Notes under the pieces: generated by a model
The model's database searches: none
The model's input: the letters and a program-made list of their open reading frames with translations, nothing else
What the model was told of the DNA's origin: nothing
Shown: piece by piece, positions 30,196-40,698 of the stretch
Layout: each line of letters starts with the position of its first letter
Numbering within the stretch: position 1 is the first letter of the stretch
Made by a program: the position numbers and the translations under genes
NCBI GenBank assembly: GCA_965222235.1
Contig: OZ244939.1
Span: forward strand, 184,585 to 248,584
Source of the DNA: Minisyncoccota bacterium
Lineage (GTDB): Bacteria > Patescibacteriota > Minisyncoccia > Phycocordibacterales > JABAAK01
Direction: 5' to 3'
Length of the DNA: 64,000 nt

Positions 30196-30777
30196 TGCGG
30201 AAGACTGTCCGAGTATGTTTCCCAAAAATGATTGCCGGTGTGCCGGACATGCGCCGTGCGTACACACCGCATCCCGGTGCTCCTGCGTGCCGTATCCTTT
30301 GTTCCGCTCAAATCCATAGACGGGAAACTGCTCAGAGAGATTGACCATGGCGGCGTCCCGGGTGACCTTCGCAACAATGGAGGCAAGTGCGATGAGCGGA
30401 TGCTGCTCATCCCCTTTTATAATATGCGTCGCGGTGTATACATCGGGCAGCGGCAGGCCGTAATCTGAATACACATGCGACACATCATGCAGGCCGATCA
30501 GCGCCCGGTCGGCGGCACGGTAGAGGGCCTGTGAAATTCCTGCCTCGTCTATTACCCGAGCATCAACTGAACACACCTGATACCGAAGCATGCGACCGAG
30601 CGTCACGGCATATTCCGCCCAGGATAACCGCTTTGCGGCGGACAACTTTTTGGAATCCCGAATGCCCGAAAGAAATGCATCGGGCGGTTCGTCGGAAAGC
30701 CACTGCACCGCGCACACCGTTACCGGACCGGCAAGCGGTCCCCGTCCGACTTCGTCAATGCCGACCGTATATTTCAT
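30184..30777 (-). CDS. rnhB: ribonuclease HII
   Basis: N-terminal GIDEVGRGPLAGPV catalytic motif of RNase HII. Confidence 0.9.
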   Translation of the reverse strand: MKYTVGIDEVGRGPLAGPVTVCAVQWLSDEPPDAFLSGIRDSKKLSAAKRLSWAEYAVTLGRMLRYQVCSVDARVIDEAGISQALYRAADRALIGLHDVSHVYSDYGLPLPDVYTATHIIKGDEQHPLIALASIVAKVTRDAAMVNLSEQFPVYGFERNKGYGTQEHRDAVCTHGACPAHRQSFLGNILGQSSASSV

Positions 30778-30845
30778 ATATACACACTATACCCGGTCAT
30801 ACGCTGATACGGGTAAACATCAAAACTCCGCATGCGCTTCCCTCC

Positions 30846-32129
30846 CTACGACCCCATGACGGTACAAAATGATTCGGTAATATCCGCCGGTACATCGGTA
30901 TTGCCGACATAGCACAGTGCCATCGCCTTCGGATTGAGTATGGCACGCGCAACACGACGCACATCCTCCGGTGTCACCGCTTTCAATTGTTTTTCATACT
31001 CCTCCTCGTCCACTATTGTCCGTATCCGTGCGAATGTCTGCATATTCCTCATAGCCACGGTTGCCGCACTCTGCTGCTGTATCGCCCTGACACCGAGAGC
31101 ATATTCCCGCGCTTTCCGTACTTCATCATCAGTAACCGGTGCGTTTTTGACTGCCGCACATTCTTCGGCAATCGCTTCCGTCACCTCCCCGACCCGTTTT
31201 CCGTTAATGCCGGTGTGTATATAAAAGGTGCCGTAGGTGGTGGCTGAGCTGACACTACTGCGGATAGAATAGCAGGCGCCGAGATGTTCACGCACCCGCA
31301 GGAACAGGCGCGAGCTCATTGATCCGCCGAGCAGCACGGAGAACAGTATCGCCGCATACCTGTCCGTATCAGTGAATGCCGGCGCATAGCCGGCGATGTT
31401 AATATGTGCCTGTTCCAGATTCGCGCGCACAATGCTTGTATGCGCGTTCTTCACCCCCCGCGGTGAAACGGCGATCTGATCACTGCGCGTGCCGTTCGGC
31501 GCGACGGCATATATTTCTTTCAGCGCGGCAAGCACCTCCTCCGCATCAAACCCTCCGGCGACCGAGATAACGGTATTGCCGGCGGTATAGTGTTTTCCCA
31601 GGAAACGGATGAAATCGTCGCGGGAGAATGAGTGCACGGAATCAACTGTTCCGAGAATGTCATGCTCAACAGCGGTACCGTGAAACAGTGACTGTTCAAC
31701 CTCACTCGCCGCTTTCGCTTCCGGATCATCTTCATACATCGCTATCTCCTCAACGATGACTCCCTTTTCTTTTTCCAAATCTCTTTCCGGAAAGAGCGAG
31801 CGAAGAAAAATTTCGGCGGTGAGTTCAATCATGTCGGCAATCCGTTCGGACCTGCCGAGCAGATAATAGCCGGTATATTCCCTACCCGTGTACGCATTGC
31901 CGACGAGACCCGATTCATCCATGCGCACGGCCAGCTGTGTATGGTCGGGGTAATGTTCAGTTCCTTTGAAACACATATGCTCAAAGAAATGGGCGAGGCC
32001 GTGTTCCCGGTCCGTTTCATGGTTGGCGCCGACAGCAACACCGACCGTGACACACACTGTTTTTATATGCACATCCGGCGCGAGTATGACGGAAACACCG
32101 TTATCTAATGTATGTACTTCCGCTTTCAT
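30846..32129 (-). CDS. M16-family (pitrilysin/insulinase-like) zinc peptidase
   Basis: Inverted zinc motif HxxEH (HFFEHM) near the N-terminus. Length about 430 aa. Confidence 0.78.
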   Translation of the reverse strand: MKAEVHTLDNGVSVILAPDVHIKTVCVTVGVAVGANHETDREHGLAHFFEHMCFKGTEHYPDHTQLAVRMDESGLVGNAYTGREYTGYYLLGRSERIADMIELTAEIFLRSLFPERDLEKEKGVIVEEIAMYEDDPEAKAASEVEQSLFHGTAVEHDILGTVDSVHSFSRDDFIRFLGKHYTAGNTVISVAGGFDAEEVLAALKEIYAVAPNGTRSDQIAVSPRGVKNAHTSIVRANLEQAHINIAGYAPAFTDTDRYAAILFSVLLGGSMSSRLFLRVREHLGACYSIRSSVSSATTYGTFYIHTGINGKRVGEVTEAIAEECAAVKNAPVTDDEVRKAREYALGVRAIQQQSAATVAMRNMQTFARIRTIVDEEEYEKQLKAVTPEDVRRVARAILNPKAMALCYVGNTDVPADITESFCTVMGS

Positions 32130-32142
32130 ACGCTGCTGTGTA

Positions 32143-33138
32143 TCATATCACATCGCTGTTCCGCAGTGTATCCCGAAGTGCCTCTTCGGCTTTTTCTGTA
32201 TCATTTTTCTCCTGCCACTTTTCCTCCTTCTGCGGAACATACCGATGCCAGAGCAAAAGCAGTGACGGACCGAAAAAGAGCGATGAATAGGTACCGGCCA
32301 CAACACCGACGAAGAGTGCGATGCCGAACCACTGGACGACCGGGACGAACGATACTAAAAAGATGAGCGGTATGACGGTTGAAAGCGAGGTGTACACCGA
32401 CCGCCTGAAACTGGTACGGACACCGCGGTCAATAACCGCGGCAAAATCCTCTTTTCTCTTTTTTGCCGCATTGTCCGTAAGGCGGTCGCGAATGCGGTCA
32501 AACACCACGATGGTGTCGTTGATGGAGTAGCCGAGCGTGGCGAGAAGTGCGGTCACAAATAATGTGTCAACTGCGGCATCAGTGAACGGAGCGAGAAGTG
32601 CGAACACACCGAGCGGCGCAATGACATCATGAAACAGCGCGAGAATTGCAACCGTACCGTACTTCCACGAAGCAAGCGGATATGACACCCCCCTGAAGAC
32701 AAATGATATATACAGAACAATAACGATAGAGGCGATGATAAGGGCGATGACCGCCTTGCGTATCAGCTCCCTGCTGATTGAGGGAGAAAATGACTGATAC
32801 TCCGTAATAGTATGCACGCCGATTGTATCCGTAATATGGCTGAGCAGTGAGATATATTCCTTGTCACCGAGCGCGCGGGAGGTGAAGCGGTACGCCGTTT
32901 CCGAGAGCGGCTCTGCGGCAACGGCGTACGGCAGCGGTGAAAGAGCCGCAGCAACCTCGTCGGAATGCTGCTCGCTCTGGAATACCACCTGCAGATGAGC
33001 GCTGCCGCTGAACTCCGGGGCGACATTCGGACTGATGGCGATGACGCTCAGCAGAAACACGACGACAAGCGCTATGCCTGCCCCCATGTGTATGTGTGCG
33101 TACTTGCTGATGCTGTTGTGTAAAAAATTCTGTATCAT
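32143..33138 (-). CDS. secF: protein translocase subunit SecF
   Basis: SecF C-terminal signature GYSINDTIVVFDRIR. Six-TM architecture. Downstream of secD. Confidence 0.85.
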   Translation of the reverse strand: MIQNFLHNSISKYAHIHMGAGIALVVVFLLSVIAISPNVAPEFSGSAHLQVVFQSEQHSDEVAAALSPLPYAVAAEPLSETAYRFTSRALGDKEYISLLSHITDTIGVHTITEYQSFSPSISRELIRKAVIALIIASIVIVLYISFVFRGVSYPLASWKYGTVAILALFHDVIAPLGVFALLAPFTDAAVDTLFVTALLATLGYSINDTIVVFDRIRDRLTDNAAKKRKEDFAAVIDRGVRTSFRRSVYTSLSTVIPLIFLVSFVPVVQWFGIALFVGVVAGTYSSLFFGPSLLLLWHRYVPQKEEKWQEKNDTEKAEEALRDTLRNSDVI

Positions 33139-33142
33139 ATAT

Positions 33143-34426
33143 CTAACGAATGTACCACTGTTTCATGCCGCGCTGAAACACGCCGGCGGTCGTTCTAAGC
33201 AGCAGGCGTGTCAGCAGATACGCCGAGAGCATGCTGAGCAGCACGCCGATGATAAACGCGAGAGCGAACCCCTTGATGATGGAGGTGCCGAACCAGAACA
33301 GCAGAAAGGCAATAATGATGCTGGTGAAATTCGCGTCACGGATAGCCAGCCACGCGCGTCGGCATCCGCGCTCTATTGCCTCGTCCCGGGCGATGCCGTT
33401 CCGTATTTCCTCCCGCATGCGCTCAAATATGAGCACATTCGCGTCAACGGCAAAACCGAGTGACATGATGAATCCGGCGAGGCCGGCGGCGGTCAGCACA
33501 ATCGGTATACCCTTAAACACCGCGAGGATCACCGCGATATATACCGCGAGAGCGGCGAGAGCCACCAGGCCGGCGAAGCGGTAGACGACCAGGAACATAA
33601 GGGCGATGATCAGAAACGCGGCAAACGCGGCCGTGGCGCTTTTCTCAACCGTCTCGGCGCCGAGCGTCGGGCTGACCGTGCGGGTTTCAGCGAGCGCGAT
33701 GGGAATGGGCAGCGCGCCGAGGCTCAGGCTGTCCGCAAGATCGGTCGCCGACTCCAGTGTAAAATTACCTTCTATCTGTGTCGTTCCGCTGAGTATTGCC
33801 GTTCTGATAACCGGCGTTGATATGGGTGTGCCGTCTAGGAATATGCCGAGTGCATTACCGACATTGGCTTTGGTGAGGTCCGCGAATAATTTTGCCCCCT
33901 CGCGGTTAAAGTTCAGTATCACCACCGGTTCGCTTGTCAGCGAACCGCCGATTCCCTGCATGAACTGTACGCCCGCCGATGTGACATGTCCTCCCTGCAG
34001 CCCCGTCGGTTCAAACCGCTCGCGTGCTTTGCTGAATATCTGAAATTCAAGGTACGGCGTGCGGCCGATCGCTTTCGTCGCCTCCTCTATGTCCGTAACG
34101 CCGGGCAGCTCAACAACGAGCCGGTATTCGGTCGGCAGGCCCGTGAATGCGGATGTTTGCGCCGTATATACTCTGGGTTCGGATACCCCCAGCGCGTTCA
34201 CCCGCCGCTCAATCACCTGCTGCAGCGCGTCCATGCGTCCGCCTATCTCACTTTCAGGCACCCCGTCCATATCGGCTGTGTATGTTACCTGCGTGCCGCC
34301 CGCGAGATCAAGACCGAATGAAAACGGATACCGATCCGTGTCATACACATACAGCACCGACAGCATTGCGCTGATCGCCAGTACCGCTACACTGCCGGCC
34401 GTTAACATCAGTTGCCGTCTCTTCAT
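33143..34426 (-). CDS. secD: protein translocase subunit SecD
   Basis: Periplasmic domain followed by an RND-like TM bundle, with the SecD-typical FERMREE motif. Confidence 0.85.
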   Translation of the reverse strand: MKRRQLMLTAGSVAVLAISAMLSVLYVYDTDRYPFSFGLDLAGGTQVTYTADMDGVPESEIGGRMDALQQVIERRVNALGVSEPRVYTAQTSAFTGLPTEYRLVVELPGVTDIEEATKAIGRTPYLEFQIFSKARERFEPTGLQGGHVTSAGVQFMQGIGGSLTSEPVVILNFNREGAKLFADLTKANVGNALGIFLDGTPISTPVIRTAILSGTTQIEGNFTLESATDLADSLSLGALPIPIALAETRTVSPTLGAETVEKSATAAFAAFLIIALMFLVVYRFAGLVALAALAVYIAVILAVFKGIPIVLTAAGLAGFIMSLGFAVDANVLIFERMREEIRNGIARDEAIERGCRRAWLAIRDANFTSIIIAFLLFWFGTSIIKGFALAFIIGVLLSMLSAYLLTRLLLRTTAGVFQRGMKQWYIR

Positions 34427-34493
34427 ATGTCATTACAGTATACACACTCAGCGCGCAATACCAAAAACACCATTGTTAGAAACCGAAACCGTC

Positions 34494-35639
34494 TCATACC
34501 CGCCGCTTTCTCCCGGAAAGCAGTTCATCAAAACTGCCGGCAAACTGCATCTTTGCCATACCGAGCACCAATGCAATTGCGATCGCCTCAGCGAGAAGAT
34601 GCGATCCGCCGTAACTCATAAACGGCAGCGTGATGCCGGTAACCGGAATGATGCCGGAATTCACGCCGATATGCAGCAGCACATGCGAGAAGATTAAGAC
34701 CATAACGCCGATGGTACAGAGTATCTCAAAATTTGTTCTCCCCTGAACGGCATGTATAAGCAGCCGCCAGCCGATGACAATATAGAGCATAAAGAGCACC
34801 AGTACACCGGCAAATCCCCATTCCTCGGCGAACGCGGCGAACACAAAATCGGATTCATAAAGCGGCAGAAAGCCGAGCTTGGACTGTGTTCCCTCACCTA
34901 TCCCCCTGCCGAACAGCTCGCCCGATCCGATCGCTATCTTCGACTGATGCGCCGTGTACCCTGATGACTGAAGATTTTCAAGCGGTGATATGAACGCGAG
35001 AACCCGCTCCTGCTGATACTGGGGGACGAACTGCCAGCCGATAACCGCGACCAGCACAGCGAACAGAATGAGAGCGGCGATGTGTTTTTTTGACACGCCG
35101 GAGACAAAAATCATACCTCCCCATATCATAAGAAAAATAACTGATGATCCGAGATCGGGCTGCTTAAACACCAGAAAAAACAGTGCCAGCGTAATGCCCA
35201 GTGACACGGCGACATGTCTCAGGTGCCGTATATGTATATGCCGGGTGGCGAAATACCGCGCAAGGATGATAATCAGGAATATTTTGATAAATTCAACAGG
35301 CTGCACAGCCACGACATTAAAAAAGATAAACCAGCTGTGTGCCCCGTTTATCTCCGGCGCAAACAGGAGCAGTGAGATCAGCACAACCAGGGATACCAGA
35401 AACAGTACCAGGGAAACGAGCGGCCCTTTCAGCACGGCGTACGTGTTCATTGATCCGAACAGTATGATGCCAATGCCGAGCAATACGAATATCACCTGTT
35501 TGAAGAACAGCGAATCAAATGAAAATCCGTCAAGCGGAAAATTTGTCGTGAGCCCTATCGCCATGATGAGGATAACAGGCGTCACCAGCAGCCAATCAAT
35601 TGTCTGCAGATGTTTCAGCAAAGAATTCATACCTACCAT
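34494..35639 (-). CDS. SEDS-family peptidoglycan glycosyltransferase (RodA/FtsW)
   Basis: Polytopic membrane protein of 381 aa with the FtsW/RodA/SpoVE-family C-terminal conserved region. Confidence 0.78.
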   Translation of the reverse strand: MVGMNSLLKHLQTIDWLLVTPVILIMAIGLTTNFPLDGFSFDSLFFKQVIFVLLGIGIILFGSMNTYAVLKGPLVSLVLFLVSLVVLISLLLFAPEINGAHSWFIFFNVVAVQPVEFIKIFLIIILARYFATRHIHIRHLRHVAVSLGITLALFFLVFKQPDLGSSVIFLMIWGGMIFVSGVSKKHIAALILFAVLVAVIGWQFVPQYQQERVLAFISPLENLQSSGYTAHQSKIAIGSGELFGRGIGEGTQSKLGFLPLYESDFVFAAFAEEWGFAGVLVLFMLYIVIGWRLLIHAVQGRTNFEILCTIGVMVLIFSHVLLHIGVNSGIIPVTGITLPFMSYGGSHLLAEAIAIALVLGMAKMQFAGSFDELLSGRKRRV

Positions 35640-36430
35640 CTCCGTATGACCGGGATAATTTCAATTTTCTTCACCTGCTGCAGGCATGTGCCGCCGGGAC
35701 AGGTGTCCCTGCGCAGGGTGAACGGATGTATCCAGGAAAATTCCAGATGCCGCTCCTCATTCGGATTTACATATGTTTCAAATGTCCGCGAGGCGGCGAT
35801 TGCGACACCGCCTTCGTCATAGACAATGACGACAAAATCAACCTCCGGCACCGTTTCAGAGCCGATATTTCTCACCGTCGCGCTCACCCGGGGCGCTCCG
35901 CGCTCCGGTACGTGTGTCGCAATATCCGAGACGGAAAATGCTGCATCGTTCGGTTTGGGAACAAACACCGACTCATTCACAAAACGGAATGACGCGCCCG
36001 CCACCTTTGATTCTCCGGTGAGAATAGCAGAAACAAAAATCGGCGTGATGCTGTTCGGCATGATGGATGTCTTTTCCGAGTGCCGCGAGATCACAGATCC
36101 GTTTTTGTCGTAGAGCAGTATTTCGTACTGCACTGACGGCACATACAAATCACTGTTCTGATTTTCAATATAGGCCACCGCCGAATAGATGCCGTTAACA
36201 ACGGGAAAGTACCGGGTCCACAGATCCAGGAGTTTCTTCGGTGTCTCCGGACAGGCGTTCGGACACGCTCCGCCGCAGTCAACACCGACCTCCAGACCGT
36301 TCCGAATACCGTCATCACAGGTGACCGGGTTATAATATATGACGAAAATGATGCTGCTGACCGCAAATGAGGCGACCACAAAAAAGGTAAGGAGCAGATT
36401 AATTTTTCTTTGTGTGCTCCATGCCGACAT
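35633..36430 (-). CDS. hypothetical membrane-anchored extracytoplasmic protein with a Cys-rich segment
   Basis: N-terminal TM anchor followed by CDDGIRNGLEVGVDCGGACPNACPE. No recognisable family. Confidence 0.4.
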   Translation of the reverse strand: MSAWSTQRKINLLLTFFVVASFAVSSIIFVIYYNPVTCDDGIRNGLEVGVDCGGACPNACPETPKKLLDLWTRYFPVVNGIYSAVAYIENQNSDLYVPSVQYEILLYDKNGSVISRHSEKTSIMPNSITPIFVSAILTGESKVAGASFRFVNESVFVPKPNDAAFSVSDIATHVPERGAPRVSATVRNIGSETVPEVDFVVIVYDEGGVAIAASRTFETYVNPNEERHLEFSWIHPFTLRRDTCPGGTCLQQVKKIEIIPVIRRW

Positions 36431-36467
36431 ACCGCCATCAGTATACCATTCGCCCGGAGTGTGTTAT

Positions 36468-38981
36468 TTAAAATGACGAAACATACGTGAGAATAATATC
36501 CCGTGTCGCCTTGTCCAGTGCCCCGGTGACCTCAATGCCGTTCACCAGCTGAAAGATTCTCAGTGCCCGTTCGGTCGCGGACCCGAATACCGCGCTCTCG
36601 TTGCCCGGACTTCCCGGTCCTTCACGCGCAATTGTGTAGCCGTTTTCATTAAGGAACACCTGCAGCCGGTAAATATCATCGTGCTTATCGCCAACATGCA
36701 GCGCCTTTATCTCAACGGGAACCACGATGCCGATATCCCGCCGCGTTTCATCAACCACCTCCTCCCGTGACCGAACCGAATCGTCAACGACCGGCGGCGC
36801 AGCACCGATGATAATATCAATCTCAACTTTTTTGGGTATGCCCGGTGCGGTTATCCCACGCAGCTCGGCGGCGCGGCGTTGGGCATCCGTGTTTGCAACG
36901 CGCTCATCGTAGACAACAATCCGATCCTGTTTTTTGATAATGCTCTCCTGATCCCGCTTGATGCCGGCTGTTAATGCCGACATGATGTTCCGCGTGTGCC
37001 CTATCAGTTTTTCCAGTACTGATTTTCTCTCTTCAAGCAGATCAACGGCACTCTTGTCTGAATATTTCCCGTCTGTTACCGGCAACACCGGCGGCTTTTC
37101 CTCTGGGCAGTCGCCTGATCGTACCTGATACACATACACCGCGCCCGCATCTGACACCGCCGCGTCATCATGATCCGCTCCCACAGCGAGATAGGTGCCG
37201 TCAAATGATATGCTGCCGCCGAACTTGTCTCCCCGCTTCGTCGCGCCTTGAATGACATCCCCCGCGGGCTTCCAGAGACCGTTCTCCATGCTGTAGGCGT
37301 ACACCGCGCCGGTTCTCTCTTCAACGACACTGTCGCTGTCAGGTGCACCGATCAGAAGCAATCCTCGTTCGTATGCGATTGACGAGCCGAACAGACGCGC
37401 CCGCCCCTCCCCGGAAAACACTATTTTCTGAGTCGGTTGCCAGAAGCCGCTGTTGAGCGTGTATGTATATACCGCGCCTTCCATATACTTTGTGGCGGCA
37501 ATAAACAGAGTGCCGTTTCTGAGAAGAACTTCACTGCCGAAGCTGCCGTGCGGACCGGTTTCTTTCGGAGCCGGAATCTTTTGCATAACCTGCTGCGAAT
37601 CCTGATTCTGATATACATACACCGCGCCGCCGCTGTCTCCCGGAGCACCGACCGCCACTATCGTGCCGTCTACCGATACACTGTATCCGAAACGCTGCTT
37701 CTTTCGGCTGTCGGGAGGCACCAGCCGAATCGGCGCAATCCAATGATCGCCGGAGCGGGAATAGGTATAGACCGATCCGCTGGAATCACGCTCCTCAACC
37801 CCGACCGCGAGAAGTGTATCGCCCGCGTCAATACTGATGCCGAAACCGCTGTATGCGGCGAGTGTACGCGGCAGCAGTATATGCTGATGTGCCCACTGTC
37901 CGGCACTCATAGCGTAGATATGCACGCTGCCGGAATTAATGCCGGTGTAATTGGTGTTCGGAATACCGAGCATAACCGTGTTCCCTTCGGAGAGCACTGA
38001 TGTTTCGCTTACACTGGTATCGGTATAGTCCGCTTCTGTTATGGCAATATCCTGTTTCCATACCCCGTTGCCGTCGCGATATATATAGCTCTGATAATCG
38101 CCGCCGCTTACAACGAGCGTCCCCCCGTCAATGCTCACCTCCCTGCCGAAGTATGTTTTTGATTCGCTGTCCGGACGGTGAATTTTCTGCACAAGTGTGT
38201 ATGCGGGACAAGCAATGTCCGCCTCACCGCTGTCAGTGCGTTCGGGAACGATTGTTTGTTTCGGCTTGGGTTTCGGCTTGGGTACGGACTCAGCGACGGA
38301 AACTGACATTGATCCCATTCTGCTTTCGGTCGATCCTCTTTTAATCTGCGCTTCAAATATATTCCTGCCGATGTTCAGCTGCTGCACGGGAATCGGATCC
38401 GACACCACGGTCTGCTGTGCCGCCTCCTCTTCCGTCAGATCTTTTTCCTGTTTTTTATTCTTGTTCACAAAGAAGACAATGGTGTCCCCGACCTTAAACG
38501 CACCTGATGCCGTGATGATATACTGATCGCCGTCTTCTTTCACCGTTACTGACGGCCTGTCCGGCGGGGCTTTCGGTGTGTCCCGTACCTGTAATACCAG
38601 GGGCGCCGTTTCGCTGACGACCCTGCCGCGGCGCTCCAACTTGGCGACGATGTTGTTATCCCCGCTTTCAAAGGTGTCCGTGGAAATATTAGAAATGAGA
38701 ACCTCGCGCCCGTCCTCGCTCGCGTCGTCGGACCGTATCACTTTCCCTTTGAGAAACTTGTCGTTGGTGTACAGCGAAATGACATCCTGATCGAGGAACG
38801 CGCCGAATACCTTTATCCCGACAACCGCGCTGTTCTCCTGATTCTGAAGGATGTCCAGCACCCGAAACGAGTCTCCCTGTGCAACGGCTTTGAACGCGGC
38901 CAGCCATAGCAGAATACAGACACCCGTGAGAACGGCAAGATGCGCAAACCTTTTTCTGAAGGAATATTCCCGTGTTTTCAT
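36468..38981 (-). CDS. large membrane-anchored FG-GAP (integrin-alpha-like beta-propeller) repeat protein with a C-terminal peptidoglycan-binding domain
   Basis: N-terminal TM and a PKPKPKPK linker. Multiple FG...GD...G repeats, for example FGYSVSVDGTIVAVGAPGDSGGAVYVY. The C-terminus resembles PG_binding_1 (GSATERALRIFQLVNGIEVTGALDKATRDIIL). Confidence 0.6.
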   Translation of the reverse strand: MKTREYSFRKRFAHLAVLTGVCILLWLAAFKAVAQGDSFRVLDILQNQENSAVVGIKVFGAFLDQDVISLYTNDKFLKGKVIRSDDASEDGREVLISNISTDTFESGDNNIVAKLERRGRVVSETAPLVLQVRDTPKAPPDRPSVTVKEDGDQYIITASGAFKVGDTIVFFVNKNKKQEKDLTEEEAAQQTVVSDPIPVQQLNIGRNIFEAQIKRGSTESRMGSMSVSVAESVPKPKPKPKQTIVPERTDSGEADIACPAYTLVQKIHRPDSESKTYFGREVSIDGGTLVVSGGDYQSYIYRDGNGVWKQDIAITEADYTDTSVSETSVLSEGNTVMLGIPNTNYTGINSGSVHIYAMSAGQWAHQHILLPRTLAAYSGFGISIDAGDTLLAVGVEERDSSGSVYTYSRSGDHWIAPIRLVPPDSRKKQRFGYSVSVDGTIVAVGAPGDSGGAVYVYQNQDSQQVMQKIPAPKETGPHGSFGSEVLLRNGTLFIAATKYMEGAVYTYTLNSGFWQPTQKIVFSGEGRARLFGSSIAYERGLLLIGAPDSDSVVEERTGAVYAYSMENGLWKPAGDVIQGATKRGDKFGGSISFDGTYLAVGADHDDAAVSDAGAVYVYQVRSGDCPEEKPPVLPVTDGKYSDKSAVDLLEERKSVLEKLIGHTRNIMSALTAGIKRDQESIIKKQDRIVVYDERVANTDAQRRAAELRGITAPGIPKKVEIDIIIGAAPPVVDDSVRSREEVVDETRRDIGIVVPVEIKALHVGDKHDDIYRLQVFLNENGYTIAREGPGSPGNESAVFGSATERALRIFQLVNGIEVTGALDKATRDIILTYVSSF

Positions 38982-39036
38982 GACTATTGGCAGTGTACAG
39001 CACTATTTCCCGGATGTGCCGCGCTTTCCACCGCCG

Positions 39037-39969
39037 TTAATCGTCCAGATACCGCATGGTCGAGAGGTAGCTTGAAATGATGCCGACGAGCACGCCGATG
39101 AGAATGAGGACAAGAATGAGGACGGGAAATTCGGAGGTATAGTAGTCAATGAGCCCCTTGCCGGCAAAGAACCGCTCCACCTGCGGAGACAGCAGCTCCG
39201 ATGCCGGATACAGCAGCATGACCGCGATAACAGAGCCGATCAGACCGTAAATACCGCCGGACACCAGGAACGGCATGCGGATGTACCAGTCCTCCGCACC
39301 GATGAGGCGCATGACCTGAATTTCTTCCCTGCTGAGATAAATAATGAGGCGGATGATGTTAAAGATAATGATGAACGATATGAGCGTCAGGAGTATAATA
39401 ATAAACCAGGAGAATGATTTGGTCGTGGTGATAACCGAATTCAGGCGCTGGATAATTTCCCGATTCTGATAGTAGTCATTCTTTTCAATGACGGTGGTGC
39501 GGTTCTCCGAAAAGATATCGTTTTCCGTCAGAAAGTCAGATATCCGCTTGTACACCACTTCGCTCGGCTCATGCGCGCGTATGGAAAGACGGGCGCGGAA
39601 CGGATTTTCATTAAGAATGTCCAGACCCTTAAGAATATCAATATCGTTCTCATGCCGCTTCCGGTACTCCTCAAGCGCGGTGAGCTGGGAGACATAGGTG
39701 ACCTCACGGACATATGACAGCTTCTTGATGTGGTCCCGGAATTCAAAAATCTGATCTTCCGATGTGCCGGGAACGAAGTACACCGTCATGTCCGCTTTGT
39801 TGCCGAGCTCCTCAACGACACCGCCCATTACCTGCACAAAGAGAAGAGAGAAACCGACAATGAAGAGAGTCACCGTCATGACAAGTATGACTGAGAACGA
39901 CACAAACGAATTGCGAACGACATTCACCAACCCTAAATAGAATACTCTTTTTATCTGCGAATAGGTCAT
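39037..39969 (-). CDS. ftsX: cell division ABC transporter permease FtsX
   Basis: Four-TM topology with a large first extracytoplasmic loop. Immediately downstream of ftsE. Confidence 0.85.
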   Translation of the reverse strand: MTYSQIKRVFYLGLVNVVRNSFVSFSVILVMTVTLFIVGFSLLFVQVMGGVVEELGNKADMTVYFVPGTSEDQIFEFRDHIKKLSYVREVTYVSQLTALEEYRKRHENDIDILKGLDILNENPFRARLSIRAHEPSEVVYKRISDFLTENDIFSENRTTVIEKNDYYQNREIIQRLNSVITTTKSFSWFIIILLTLISFIIIFNIIRLIIYLSREEIQVMRLIGAEDWYIRMPFLVSGGIYGLIGSVIAVMLLYPASELLSPQVERFFAGKGLIDYYTSEFPVLILVLILIGVLVGIISSYLSTMRYLDD

Positions 39970-39971
39970 AA

Positions 39972-40655
39972 TTATAGAATATACTTCCCCCCAGTATCGT
40001 CAAGGGCAATCTCACCGTTTGCAAGCGTGATAACCCGGCCTTTCACCTTTTCAACAACGGACCGGTCGTGCGTTGTGAGCAGGACCGTGGTGCCCAGCTT
40101 GTTAATCTGTTTGAGAATACTGACGACCTCGTGGGCGTTCACCGGATCCAGATTGCCGACCGGCTCATCCGCCAGCAGCAGCTCCGGCTGATGTACTATA
40201 GCGCGGGCAATCGCCACCCGTTGCTGCTCACCGCCGGAGAGTTCGGCGGGAAACGACCAGACCTTATGCTGTAGATCAACCAGTTCAAGTGCGTACGGCA
40301 CATCGCTTTCAATCTGCTCCTCATCGTAACCGAGCGCCTCCATGGTGAACGCGATATTTTCGTAAACCGTTTTCCGGGACAGCAGACGGAAACTCTGAAA
40401 GATAACACCGGTCTTTCTCCGGTGTTCAAGCAAATCGTCCTCCGACATCTCAGCGACATCAAGACTGCCACGACAGACGGCACCGCTGTACAGATATTCC
40501 TCGCCGAGGATAACCTTGAACAACGTGCTTTTTCCTGACCCGGAATGACCGATAAAGGTGACAAAGTCACCGTAGCCGACATCAAAAGACACATTTTGCA
40601 GTGCAATTGTGTCGCCGTAATATTTGGTCGCATCTTTGAAAGAAATGATATCCAT
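39972..40655 (-). CDS. ftsE: cell division ATP-binding protein FtsE
   Basis: Walker A (GHSGSGKST), ABC signature (LSGGEQQRVAIARA) and Walker B (LLLADEP). Start placed at MDIISFKD. The ORF-track extension to 40784 is judged spurious. Confidence 0.9.
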   Translation of the reverse strand: MDIISFKDATKYYGDTIALQNVSFDVGYGDFVTFIGHSGSGKSTLFKVILGEEYLYSGAVCRGSLDVAEMSEDDLLEHRRKTGVIFQSFRLLSRKTVYENIAFTMEALGYDEEQIESDVPYALELVDLQHKVWSFPAELSGGEQQRVAIARAIVHQPELLLADEPVGNLDPVNAHEVVSILKQINKLGTTVLLTTHDRSVVEKVKGRVITLANGEIALDDTGGKYIL

Positions 40656-40698
40656 CGGTACCGCCAGTGTAGCACATACAATCGGGGGTAGTGGACAA

